Assembly (NCBI GenBank): GCA_963787835.1
Contig: CAWBEI010000006.1
Coordinates: forward strand, 128,001 to 192,000
Length of the DNA: 64,000 bases
Origin: Ignavibacteriota bacterium
GTDB lineage: Bacteria > Bacteroidota > Ignavibacteria > Palsa-1295
Reading direction: 5' to 3'
The notes beneath the pieces are model-generated. The model worked only from the letters and a program-made list of their open reading frames with translations. It had not been told where the DNA came from and made no database searches. Positions 55,001-64,000 of the stretch are shown in pieces. Position 1 is the first letter of the stretch, and every line of letters starts with the position of its first letter. The position numbers and the translations under genes are program-made.

Positions 55001-55942
55001 CCAGTTGGCTGGATCGACATCCAGCGCGATTCGAACCATACTCGTGCCTTCTGGGAATGGGAGTGTCGGCGTCAGCGCCCAGGTATCACCACCATCGGTT
55101 GATAGATAAACGCCATTTCCAGCAACACCGGCGTAGAGAACGGCAGTATCGCCATTCATAGAAAGTGCAAGATCTGAGACGGATTGGTTTTGAGGAAGGC
55201 CACCTGCAAGCCACGTCCATGAATTTCCGCCATCGCTTGATCGAAGCACTCCTCCCCCCGATCGGCCAGCAGCAGCATAGACAATATTGGAATGATTTGG
55301 ATTGACGATCACCCGCGTGTAAGCACCGACGCTGCTCGGACCAACATCGGACCAGGTCGCACCGCCATTGGTTGAGCGCAAAAGGCCATATCCGCCGTAA
55401 GCATCAACTGCTGGGGAAAGCTCACCGGTCCCTGCAAAAACGATATTCGTATCATTTGGATCGATCCCGAGCGCACCCATAGAAAGTGATTGCAATTGGT
55501 CGGTCAGTGGCGTCCAGTGTGCACCTCCATTCGTTGTTTTCCATACACCACCATTGGCAGCACCGACATAAACCGAATTCGGATTGTAAGGATTGATCGC
55601 AATCGTGTTTACACGGCCTCCAATGTTGTTCGGGCCAATGAGCGTCCATTGAGGTTGTGTGGATTGAATGGTCATGCCCTCGCGCATAGCATCCCGTTGT
55701 TGTTCTGCCTTTTGGAGCGCACCCTGCGGTATGTATCCTAACCCGAAGGTTCTCTGGTGCCAATACCACTTGAACGCATCGCCGACACCAGCATCACGGT
55801 CACCGGGTGCGAGCTGAGGATCAGAATGGTTTTCAGATTTGTATGATGAACTTTCATCCGCCTTTGTAAGCCACTGGGCGTGGACGGTTGCGGATGCAAA
55901 AAGGACGGCAAAAATAATGACGGAACGGCGCGTAGTGGTCAT
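52052..55942 (-). CDS. Secreted multi-propeller BNR/Asp-box (VPS10/GH74-like) protein with Ig-like domain and T9SS CTD
   Basis: Many S/T-x-D/N-G-G-x-T-W repeats; IAFGNV Ig start; SPNPA...FDVTGR...LPNGVYF. Confidence 0.85.
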   Translation of the reverse strand: MTTTRRSVIIFAVLFASATVHAQWLTKADESSSYKSENHSDPQLAPGDRDAGVGDAFKWYWHQRTFGLGYIPQGALQKAEQQRDAMREGMTIQSTQPQWTLIGPNNIGGRVNTIAINPYNPNSVYVGAANGGVWKTTNGGAHWTPLTDQLQSLSMGALGIDPNDTNIVFAGTGELSPAVDAYGGYGLLRSTNGGATWSDVGPSSVGAYTRVIVNPNHSNIVYAAAGRSGGGVLRSSDGGNSWTWLAGGLPQNQSVSDLALSMNGDTAVLYAGVAGNGVYLSTDGGDTWALTPTLPFPEGTSMVRIALDVDPANWQNVVVLDVNSGTSDDLGGIESSTDGGNTWTEIDQEWQGNPLFSVGTPPQGWYDVYIKVDPTNFNHMLVGGLSVWQTLDGGQTWTDVAQSYKGGIHPDQHAAAFAPSDPNFVFLGNDGGVFSSKDGGSTITQQTFLLPITQFYGIGIDQTQGNVTYGGTQDNGTLSGSSANTDWGNILGGDGTMTQVDPKTTSIVYCETPQSFPTVYPNGSNNTGLNANIDSTVWIDPFAADATNDIIYWGCQRLAYSKNQGQSWTNCTKVFGSASAGTTISAIDAFGDGKTVLVGTGGGNVYITANNGVTFTDVSAGLPARAVTWVKFSPSSKTTFYVTLSGFGAGHIFKTTNNGSNWTDISSRLPDISVNTIVMDPQNTSVLYVGTDVGVFFSPNDGAEWMPYGTGLPNTGIDFMEVHVNNRVIRAGTHGRSIWQVPLQDDATGIVLPAQRSVWTLGDTASIQWHGFAPTVSLDLSLDGGTSWQNIATGVSDTIYPISDVNYPASENSLVRVNDGADTVISPLFSIAQQKAGNQIGTVADLRFYAYDIAYDKDDNVLWATDFDPSEDYIFKLDPDAGTILDSVKIPVSNPSNRQGFTGIKYDPVSQHLFLQEVYVAGQSWTSNLYEVDTTGQIVRSAPSPATYGTGIFLQGDTLLVVDRQQEVISRALNETWDFTVLNPLSDLQLTRNATYGPRGLTYDPKLGEYLLAYTDFQGTSLNGSYLLFLDPESGAELNSFTIAVGGELTNVRGMEYDPRGAGNTAWMTVLNTGGSAQIIKIALTDGPAAAPSATMTLQPSVIAFGNVDTGKTKTIQVEIHNTGAAPASITAINIIPAGTAFTLGNISLPVTLKPGDSLPVTVTFAPHSMDAQDASLSVTYGSDNQQAEFPISGFATVNGAGVSTSLTTNTWGIELSPNPARDFVDVTLDAASADVAEIHIFDVTGREVRNVPLGMISNGEHETQLTTTGLPNGVYFLRVMSSAGAVAAARLAIER

Positions 55943-56088
55943 GTCTTTTGAATGAAATTAATGGCGATCCATACCAATTCTGACATGTTTCGTCGCGTAA
56001 ACTCTTTGGAATTTATGAATTAAATACAAACCAAAAAGAGAGGCAAAAGTGCCCAGAGTTAATAAATGTGTAGCCAAGTCCAAACCGA

Positions 56089-58128
56089 TCAATTATGACG
56101 AATAACTCGCAGTGAACCCATTCCTTGAGCAGTTCTGAGAATGACCTGATATACCCCATCGGCATCCGGAAGTGTGAGTTCCATAGGAATATCCTTTTGC
56201 AAACCGGCAACGACCTCGCTCCGCTTCGCACCGAGCATATCGTAGATCTCTAAGGTCCCGTTGCTAATATCGGTTGAAGAAGAGACCCAAACATTTCCCG
56301 ACGCCGGATTGGGCCATATCCGAAATAGCGGCGCTTGCCCTAAATGCAATAGATCTGAAAGAATTGTTATCCCACACCCGGATAGCGTCGTGATGGTACT
56401 TGTGACGGGGGTGGGTGCGGAATACTCGCATACGGGAGCATTCAGAACCACTAAAGAATCAAACGTGGCGTGAGCGGCGGCAGCTGAATCGTTAAACACA
56501 TTGAACATCGCGTAGCCCAGCAGTGAATCAGGCGCAGCTTTCAAAACCTGAAGCATGGAGCGACCGGGCCATTGCTCACCCGGAATATCCAACTTCACTC
56601 CCGAAGGGGAGAACGAGCCAAGATAATCTAGCGTAGCATCGTAATTCATGACAAAGTTGACGCTCTCCGGACTGATGAGCCCATCCAGTGTGATCGGAAC
56701 GGCAACCGTCCCACCGAGGGTATCCGTGTGTACGTCCTGCGTTAATAGCGTGAGTGTTCTGGATGTAGTGTTGACAAATCCTGTGAGTGCTACCGTATCG
56801 CTCGATCCATTACTAAGCTGGAGCACTAACTCCGCTTGTTGGCTCCCAAGCGTCAGCCCCTGCATGGTAACTAAAACAGAATCTTTCGTAAGGCTAACAA
56901 CACGATAATTCGCAGCATCCGTACCCGTGATGTTAGCCGCCGTCACAGACAAGGGCGAACATCCTCTCGTTGTGAAAACGACGGAGCGTGTCAGGCTATC
57001 GCAAGACACTGTATCACCGGCGAACAATGCTGCCGGTGAGGCAGAAAACCCAGATGGGAACTGGAGAGGAAATCCTCCGCTGTTCAGGGTTCGCCATACA
57101 CTTCCATTTTCATCGAGCACAAGCACGATATTATCATTGATCGCCGCAATGCTTCGTGTGTCGTACACTTCATTTGGCCCGCCAATGTTCTTCCATGTCA
57201 GGCCAGAATCCGTGGAACGATCTACTCCTGCCCCACTACCGTTAACGGTTCCAGCATATAGCACGTTAGGGGTACTTGCCAAAGAGCCGTTGTAATAGTC
57301 AAGCGGCTGAGAACTAACAGTCTGCCACATCGAACCAGCATTGGTAGTCAAGTCAATTCGTCCTTCATTTCCACCCGATTGTGCACCTACATTTTCATTG
57401 ATCAGATAGAGCCGTTGATCGTTGCAAGAATCCACAGTGAGGTTATAGGAATCGCCGTGATCATTGAGAACGGTTCGGTCGCCATTGAGAGCGTTCCAGG
57501 TTTGGCCAAGATCAGTAGAAGCATCGATCCAACCTTGAATTCCACCACCGAATCTTGATGATTCATTGATAGAAAAGACATAGATCGTTCTGTCAGAGGC
57601 TATCGCAAAGCACAGCGCACCGATCGATGCGGTGTTTGTAGTGTAAACACCATTCCACGTCGCACCTCCGTCATAGCTCGTGTAAAGAATGCTCGCGTCA
57701 GATTCTAAAGCATGAAGCACAGAGGAAGACCCATTAAAGGCTACCTGATCGTAGGTTGGCTGATTAAAACCGTTACCACCTGGTTGAAAATTTTGCCAAG
57801 TCTGACCGGCATTTACCGTTAAGAATAGCCCATCATCAATCGTACCAACAAGTACATGCAGCGAATCATAGATGGCAATGTCCGTAATGCCTGAGTTAGC
57901 AGTAAACGAAACTGATTGCTTCCAGGTGATGCCAGAGTCATTCGACGAATAAAGCGAATACGTACCGGCCCATGCCACTCCACCGTGAAAACGGATGGCG
58001 CCGATGTGTTGTTGCTCGGGAAGAACTAAATTCCGGGAAACCTCCCTCCACTGCGCGCGAACAGAGTGCGTAGTGATTACAAGCGCGCATATAGCGATAG
58101 CAGATCTGCTTAAACTGAATATCCTCAT
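56089..58128 (-). CDS. Secreted Asp-box propeller + one Ig-like repeat + cohesin-like domain + T9SS CTD (array member)
   Basis: AQWR signal cleavage, Asp boxes, DTLGGTVAVPITL, WPNPA...YDMLG...GVY. Confidence 0.85.
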   Translation of the reverse strand: MRIFSLSRSAIAICALVITTHSVRAQWREVSRNLVLPEQQHIGAIRFHGGVAWAGTYSLYSSNDSGITWKQSVSFTANSGITDIAIYDSLHVLVGTIDDGLFLTVNAGQTWQNFQPGGNGFNQPTYDQVAFNGSSSVLHALESDASILYTSYDGGATWNGVYTTNTASIGALCFAIASDRTIYVFSINESSRFGGGIQGWIDASTDLGQTWNALNGDRTVLNDHGDSYNLTVDSCNDQRLYLINENVGAQSGGNEGRIDLTTNAGSMWQTVSSQPLDYYNGSLASTPNVLYAGTVNGSGAGVDRSTDSGLTWKNIGGPNEVYDTRSIAAINDNIVLVLDENGSVWRTLNSGGFPLQFPSGFSASPAALFAGDTVSCDSLTRSVVFTTRGCSPLSVTAANITGTDAANYRVVSLTKDSVLVTMQGLTLGSQQAELVLQLSNGSSDTVALTGFVNTTSRTLTLLTQDVHTDTLGGTVAVPITLDGLISPESVNFVMNYDATLDYLGSFSPSGVKLDIPGEQWPGRSMLQVLKAAPDSLLGYAMFNVFNDSAAAAHATFDSLVVLNAPVCEYSAPTPVTSTITTLSGCGITILSDLLHLGQAPLFRIWPNPASGNVWVSSSTDISNGTLEIYDMLGAKRSEVVAGLQKDIPMELTLPDADGVYQVILRTAQGMGSLRVIRHN

Positions 58129-58141
58129 GCCGTTTAGCACG

Positions 58142-60427
58142 TTAGTGGTCCAGCACGACGCGAAGCGAACGTGTTCCGTTGATAGAGGTTACCATGACGG
58201 TATAAACCCCACTTCTCGCAGGAAGTAACAACTCTTTCGGATTTTTTTTATCGATCTGGGTAGAAATAGCGCTTTGCCGAACACCAAGCATGTCGTAGAT
58301 CTCGATCGTAGCATCACCAACATCCTGTGAGGAAGATAGCCAAACATTCCCATTTGTCGGATTTGGCGTAATACTGAACTCCGGGAGATCTCCTAAATGA
58401 ATAGCGTTGGAGATGATGGGGACCGAACACCCGGAAAGCGTGGTCATTGAACTTGTGACTGGCAGCGGCGAGGAATACTCGCACGCAGAAGTAGAAGTCA
58501 AAACTATAACGGAATCGAAGGTGGCGTGGGAAGCAGCGTTGGAATCGTTAAACACATCGAAGTAGGCATACCCTGTCACCGTGTTTGGTAATGCGCCGAT
58601 TATGGAAAGCACCGACCGTCCCGTAGATTGTTCGCCCGGAACATCCAATTTCGTGCCCGAAGGCGAAAATGATCCAACATAGTTCACGGAACCATCATAA
58701 CTGAGCAACATCTGAACATTTTCCTGCCGATCGAGACCATGAATGGTCAGTGGGATTGCGACCGTTCCCCCAAGCGTATCGGTTTGGGCATCTTGCGTCG
58801 AGAGGCTAAGCTGGAACAACGATGAGTTCACAAATCCCGCAAGATAAACGGTGTCAATGGCATCGTTATCCAAATAGAGAAGGAGTTGCGCGATTTGATT
58901 CCCTTGCTGAACACCATAGAGTGTTATTTCTATCGAATCCTTCGTGAGCTGACTTGCACGGAAGTTTAATGCATCCGGCCCCACGATTGCATAGGAAGAA
59001 ACGGAGGGTGGCGTACACCCCGATCTTTTAAACACAACCGTGCGTGCAAGGCTATCGCATGCAATGGTGTCAGTCCGGAATGCAGTGTCAGGAATGACGC
59101 TGAGAACACTGGGCAAAAGGTTAACATATCCGGCAAGCGATACGGTGTCACTCGTTCCATTGTCCAGAGAGAACACCAACTGGGCGCGTTGCTGACCCTG
59201 CCGAGAGGAAAGAAGCGTCACTGAGATGGAATCCTTCCTGAGATCGCTGACAGCATAGCTGGAGGCATCCGCGCCAATAACAGACCATCCAGAGACAGAA
59301 GGTGGATCACAATTGCCTTTTTGGAATTGCACCGATCGAGTGATGCTATTGCAGGAGGCTGTATCGGAAGTGAATAGTGCAGCGGGCGAAACCGAAAACG
59401 AAGAAGGCAATGGAGGAATATTAAGAGAATCTCCTCCGCTATTGAATGTGGACCAAATGTTGCCCGCGGAGTCTAAGGCAAAAATGATATTATCGTTGAT
59501 CGCAGCGAACTGCCGGCAATCGGCAGAACAACCAGAGCCGCCAATATTTATCCACGAGTTACCTTTATCGACCGAGCGGAGGATACCGTCGTTTAACGTT
59601 CCGACATAAAGCGCTTGGCCAGAATTCGAAATAGAGCCAACTAAATACGGGATCTGATGAGCAAAGGTAATCGTCCAGGTTTGCCCAGCGTCCGGCGTCA
59701 TGTAAATCTTGGAATATCCATCCCCAGACCAGTGAAAATCCTCGTTGGAAACGTAGGCGCGGGATGCATCGCAGGAATCGACATCGATGGAGTAAGAATC
59801 GGCATCGAAGGCCGGTGGTTGCGAGAACCATGTTGCGCCGGTATCATGGCTTACATCGAGATACGCACTGCCGACACCTGGTGCGTTGCCGGGAGATGCA
59901 TTGACGTAAATAGTTCCGTCTATCGCCTCCGCAAAGGTGATCGCGGCGGAGGCAGTCCCAAAATTCGACTGTTTCCAGGTTGCACCCTCGTCGGAAGAGA
60001 TCAGAAAGGCCCCGCCATCGTCAACGGCATACAACACATTTGAATGACGCGCGAACGAGATGCGATAGAACCCTCTGCCGGAAATGCTACTCCATGTTTG
60101 CCCACGATCGTGCGTAATGAAGGTTCCATTCCACGTTGTTGACACTACCCCGGTATTTCGATCAAGGAAGGAGATATCAAGGATCCCTCCGTAAGGAATA
60201 TTCCCTGCGGTAAAGTTGGTGGTGTACCAATTTTTTCCGGTGTCCGGGCTGTAGATCAGGTCAGAGCCACCGGCCCAAATTATTCCATCTTTATACTCCA
60301 TAGCTCCCCAGGAGTACCGAGGTACGACGACCGGAGCCAAAATGCGCCATTGCCCCCACGCACCCTCGGTTGCAACCAAGAGCGCCAGAAGCGCAAACCA
60401 CATCCGTTTACGAGAGCAAATGAGCAT
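58142..60427 (-). CDS. Array paralog with two Ig-like repeats
   Basis: Same architecture; GQWR, DTLGGTVAIPL, TPNPT. Confidence 0.85.
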   Translation of the reverse strand: MLICSRKRMWFALLALLVATEGAWGQWRILAPVVVPRYSWGAMEYKDGIIWAGGSDLIYSPDTGKNWYTTNFTAGNIPYGGILDISFLDRNTGVVSTTWNGTFITHDRGQTWSSISGRGFYRISFARHSNVLYAVDDGGAFLISSDEGATWKQSNFGTASAAITFAEAIDGTIYVNASPGNAPGVGSAYLDVSHDTGATWFSQPPAFDADSYSIDVDSCDASRAYVSNEDFHWSGDGYSKIYMTPDAGQTWTITFAHQIPYLVGSISNSGQALYVGTLNDGILRSVDKGNSWINIGGSGCSADCRQFAAINDNIIFALDSAGNIWSTFNSGGDSLNIPPLPSSFSVSPAALFTSDTASCNSITRSVQFQKGNCDPPSVSGWSVIGADASSYAVSDLRKDSISVTLLSSRQGQQRAQLVFSLDNGTSDTVSLAGYVNLLPSVLSVIPDTAFRTDTIACDSLARTVVFKRSGCTPPSVSSYAIVGPDALNFRASQLTKDSIEITLYGVQQGNQIAQLLLYLDNDAIDTVYLAGFVNSSLFQLSLSTQDAQTDTLGGTVAIPLTIHGLDRQENVQMLLSYDGSVNYVGSFSPSGTKLDVPGEQSTGRSVLSIIGALPNTVTGYAYFDVFNDSNAASHATFDSVIVLTSTSACEYSSPLPVTSSMTTLSGCSVPIISNAIHLGDLPEFSITPNPTNGNVWLSSSQDVGDATIEIYDMLGVRQSAISTQIDKKNPKELLLPARSGVYTVMVTSINGTRSLRVVLDH

Positions 60428-60499
60428 AACTTCCAACGAGCAGAGCGAATGCCGAGTGGATCAAACACACATTTTGGGGGTCTTTTTTGCACAAGCACC

Positions 60500-62764
60500 T
60501 TAATGCCGCCGCACCACCCTCAACGAACAAATCCCAGAGGTAGTTTTCACCAAAATGGCATAGACACCATCCGCATCCGGAAGCGTTTGCTCAACAGGTG
60601 TGTCTTTTTGAAAAGCGGCTGAACCCTCACTTCGTTTTACCCCGAGCATATCATATACTTCGATAGTGGCTGCACCAATGTCTTCGGATGAGGAAACCCA
60701 GACATTCCCATTCGCGGGATTAGGCATTACGCTGAATACAGGATCAACGCCGAAATGAATTAGCTGAGAGAGTATCGGAACAGCACAACCCGAAAGCGTG
60801 GTGATGGTACTTGTTGCTGGCTCAGGCATGGAATACTGGCACGATGAAACTTGTGTCAGCACGGTTACGGAATCGAACGTAGCGTGAGCTGCTTCACTGG
60901 AATCGTTAAACACATTAAACTTAGCGTAGCCTAATGCTGCGCCGGATGTAGCACCCGTGATGGAAAGCTCCGACCGTCCCGGCCATTGCTGGCCGGGAAC
61001 ATCCAACAGCACACCCGATGGCGAGAACGAGCCGAGATAATCCACCGTACCATCGTAGTGCAAAATGAGATCGACATTTTCCGCACGTTCGAGTCCGTTC
61101 AGCGTGATGGGAATCGAGACGGTTGCGCCGAGGGTGTCGGTTTGGACATTGGGGATAGAAAAAGCAAGTGGGCTATGAAATAAGTTGACGTATCCGGTGA
61201 GTTGAATGGTATCGTTCGAGCCGTTATCAAGAGCGATAATCAAGTCAGCTTGCTCTTTGCCAATCTTATCGCCAGAAAATGTTAGCGTTATAGAATCGGG
61301 AAATAGATTGATCACTCTGAATGCTAATGAATCTTGGCCCACAATCACGTAGCTCCTAACTGACGGCGGAGAACATCCACTTCTGATAAATGAAGCAGTC
61401 TGCATAAGACTATCGCATGAAATTGTATCGGAAGAAAACAGCGAGGCGGCCGAAAGGGTGAGATTATTAGGTTCATTAATGACGTTGCCGGAAAGAGCTA
61501 TCGTATCTATATAGCCATTGTCAATATACAAGAGTAATTGACCTTGTTTATTTCCATTGGTCTTCGAATAAAGAGTAACAGAAATTGAATCGTTTGAAAG
61601 ATTACTTGCATTAAAGCTCGACGAGTCGGCACCAGTTATAGCCCAACCAGTAACATGTGGCAATGGGCAAGCAGTCGTATTAAATTGAACCGGTGCAGTT
61701 GCGCTATCGCATTGAATTGTTCCAAAGTTAAGCAGTGATACTGGATTCGAAGTAACTAACGAAATCGGGAAACCACCGCTATTGAAGGTTGCCCATACGT
61801 TCCCATTAGAGTCGAGAGCGAAGATCACATTGTCATTGATAGCACATATCGATCTACTGTCAGCAACGTTCCCTGGGCCACCAATATTCTCCCATGTGAG
61901 TCCTCTATCGATCGAACGGATGATGCCGTCAGATCTCGTTGCTGCATATAGAGCGTGTGCTGCAGTCGAAAACGAGCTCGAAAGATAATCTAGTGGATGA
62001 GAAAATGTAGATTGCCATGACTCCCCTTGATTGGTGCTTCTGAATATTTTCGCGTAAGGGGTATTGACGTCACCATAAACATTTTCCGATACAACATATA
62101 GCGTCGAGTCATTACACGAATCGATTCCAATTGAATAGCTATCATAATCAACAAATCCTGGCATTGTTTTGAACTTCACGCCAGAGTTATCTCCAATGAT
62201 AGCACAAGAAGCATCCAAGTATGCAACAACACTTGATAATATTACGGCATGCCCGTCATCTGCGACTCCGAGGTCAGTGCCTGGAATTGAATCCATAACC
62301 TCCCATGAGATCCCTTTATCTCCCGACTCATAACAGTTTCGGAAGTTCACACCGTAAACCTTTGAAGGTGCTGCATAGACAAGTTGATTAAAGCCCTGAT
62401 TTATGGGAGTGCTCCAAGTTTTTCCACCGTCCGTTGTAGTACTAGTAAAAAGGTGTTGTGGAATGTTTGAGGAGACTACTCCATCATTCTCATTTAGAAA
62501 TGAAAGGGCTGTTATCTGTGTGTTTGGTAGATTAGTTGAGGTCCACGTTTTTCCTGAATCAGCACTGAATGAAAGATTAGTGAAGCCTGCCCATAAAATT
62601 CCGTTCTTAAAAGTAAGAACCCCACCCGGACCTTGACCGACCTTAGCAGTATGTGGTGCAACCACATTCGGTGCCACAATCCTCCATTGCCCCCGCACGC
62701 CGTCCGCTGCAACCGAGAGGAGCAACAAGGCGAACAACAACAGTTTTGGGGAGCAAAAACGCAT
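60500..62764 (-). CDS. Array paralog with two Ig-like repeats
   Basis: Same architecture; GQWR, DTLGATVSIPI, MPNPA. Confidence 0.85.
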   Translation of the reverse strand: MRFCSPKLLLFALLLLSVAADGVRGQWRIVAPNVVAPHTAKVGQGPGGVLTFKNGILWAGFTNLSFSADSGKTWTSTNLPNTQITALSFLNENDGVVSSNIPQHLFTSTTTDGGKTWSTPINQGFNQLVYAAPSKVYGVNFRNCYESGDKGISWEVMDSIPGTDLGVADDGHAVILSSVVAYLDASCAIIGDNSGVKFKTMPGFVDYDSYSIGIDSCNDSTLYVVSENVYGDVNTPYAKIFRSTNQGESWQSTFSHPLDYLSSSFSTAAHALYAATRSDGIIRSIDRGLTWENIGGPGNVADSRSICAINDNVIFALDSNGNVWATFNSGGFPISLVTSNPVSLLNFGTIQCDSATAPVQFNTTACPLPHVTGWAITGADSSSFNASNLSNDSISVTLYSKTNGNKQGQLLLYIDNGYIDTIALSGNVINEPNNLTLSAASLFSSDTISCDSLMQTASFIRSGCSPPSVRSYVIVGQDSLAFRVINLFPDSITLTFSGDKIGKEQADLIIALDNGSNDTIQLTGYVNLFHSPLAFSIPNVQTDTLGATVSIPITLNGLERAENVDLILHYDGTVDYLGSFSPSGVLLDVPGQQWPGRSELSITGATSGAALGYAKFNVFNDSSEAAHATFDSVTVLTQVSSCQYSMPEPATSTITTLSGCAVPILSQLIHFGVDPVFSVMPNPANGNVWVSSSEDIGAATIEVYDMLGVKRSEGSAAFQKDTPVEQTLPDADGVYAILVKTTSGICSLRVVRRH

Positions 62765-62855
62765 GTAGTTGCAACCCAAATCTTCCCACAAATATTCATT
62801 CAATTTTCATCGTGACCATCAGGCGCTTGCAGCGTATCTTTGCATGAGAGGTTGC

Positions 62856-64000
62856 TCAGTGTTTTTCCACCACGCGGAGAGAACTCATGCCAGCCGAAGT
62901 CTTCACCAAAATAGTATAGACTCCATCGGCATCCGGAAGCGTTTGCAGAAGTGGCTGATCTTTTTGTACGGTGGCCGACCGCTCGCTGCGCACTTCCCCA
63001 AGCATATCAAACACCTGGATCGTTGCGGCACCCAGATCGGAGCCAGAGGTGATCCAGATCGTGCCATTCGATGGATTTGGCACAACTCTGAATAGTGGAT
63101 CAACCCCGAAATGAATAAGTTGTGAAAGCATCGGAATTGCACAACCTGCAACGGTTGTGATCGTGCTGGTTACCGGTGCGGGCATAGAATACTCGCATGG
63201 CGCAATTTGTGTCAGGACATTGACCGAATCGAATGAGGCATGTGCGGCTTCATCTGAATCGTTAAAGACCGTGAATTTTGCGTATCCCAATACCGAGTCC
63301 GGCATGGCACCATTTATCGCAAGCTCCGACCGTCCCGCCCACTGCTCGCCTTCCATATCCAACTGCACCCCGGATGGCGAGAACGATCCGAGATAAACCA
63401 CCGTCCCGTCGTAATGCAGCACAAGATCGATATTCTCCGTACGTTCGAGTCCGTTGATCCTAATGGGAACTTCAACCGTAGCGCCGAGCGTGTCGGTATG
63501 AACATTCGGGATAGAAAAAGCAAGCGGACTATGAAACAGGCTTACATATCCTGAAAGACTTACGGTATCGACGGAACCATCACTAAGCGCAAGCAATAAA
63601 TTCGCATGCTGATCTCCAAGGCGTGCTCCAAAGAAATTTACGCCCATCGAATTGTACGTAGAATAACTCACTCCGTAGGAGGCGGAGTCCTGCCCGACAA
63701 AGGAATGGCTTGATATTAATGGCGAGTTACAACCTGTTCGAGTAAATACGATGGTTCGAGTAATAGTACCGCACGAGATCGTGTCCGTCGAAAATAATGA
63801 GGCAGATGAAAGGCTTAGAGTATTCTGTTCAATGATAACTTGCCCGGAAAGCGTTACGGTATCGACCTCCCCATTATCGACATACACTAATAGCTGCGCG
63901 TGCTTACCGCCCGCGGAGTTAGCATACAGTGTTACAGAGATCGAATTCTTAGAAAAATTGCTTCCCTTGAAGCTTGATGAATCTTCACCTACGATCGACC
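62856..64000 (-). CDS. Array paralog, partial (5' part outside the window)
   Basis: Frame stays open to the right edge (SIVGEDSSSF...HAQLLVYVDNG); same C-terminal modules. Confidence 0.85.
   Translation of the reverse strand, partial: SIVGEDSSSFKGSNFSKNSISVTLYANSAGGKHAQLLVYVDNGEVDTVTLSGQVIIEQNTLSLSSASLFSTDTISCGTITRTIVFTRTGCNSPLISSHSFVGQDSASYGVSYSTYNSMGVNFFGARLGDQHANLLLALSDGSVDTVSLSGYVSLFHSPLAFSIPNVHTDTLGATVEVPIRINGLERTENIDLVLHYDGTVVYLGSFSPSGVQLDMEGEQWAGRSELAINGAMPDSVLGYAKFTVFNDSDEAAHASFDSVNVLTQIAPCEYSMPAPVTSTITTVAGCAIPMLSQLIHFGVDPLFRVVPNPSNGTIWITSGSDLGAATIQVFDMLGEVRSERSATVQKDQPLLQTLPDADGVYTILVKTSAGMSSLRVVEKH

Noticed and set aside
56089-64000. Diversity-generating retroelement or invertible shufflon behind the paralog array
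   Set aside because: No reverse transcriptase or recombinase in the window, all genes are co-oriented, and differences are not adenine-specific.

Overview
64 kb of a bacterial chromosome, most likely Bacteroidota sensu lato / FCB group (Kapabacteria- or Ignavibacteria-like). This placement is inferred from many secreted proteins with T9SS-type C-terminal domains and TAnnTTTG promoter motifs. Housekeeping genes are ribF, truB, rbfA, infB, nusA, tadA, dacB, hppD, truA, lysA, serS and a frameshifted rmlD-like gene. The window also holds a polysaccharide export cluster, a 23S-5S rRNA unit with no adjacent 16S gene, a small defence/TA islet (RelE-type TA, HNH, AIPR) and a tandem array of secreted Asp-box propeller/Ig/cohesin-like proteins. 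The most notable observations are: (1) a secreted stand-alone copy of a subtilase pro-domain encoded just upstream of its large S8 protease; (2) the unlinked 23S-5S unit, whose leader keeps a degenerate tRNA-like element; (3) a LuxR-type regulator followed by a direct-repeat promoter and two orphan small proteins; (4) structured direct repeats bracketing the TA module; (5) a split nusA-infB / rbfA-truB-ribF operon. All family assignments come from motifs recognised by eye; no searches were run.
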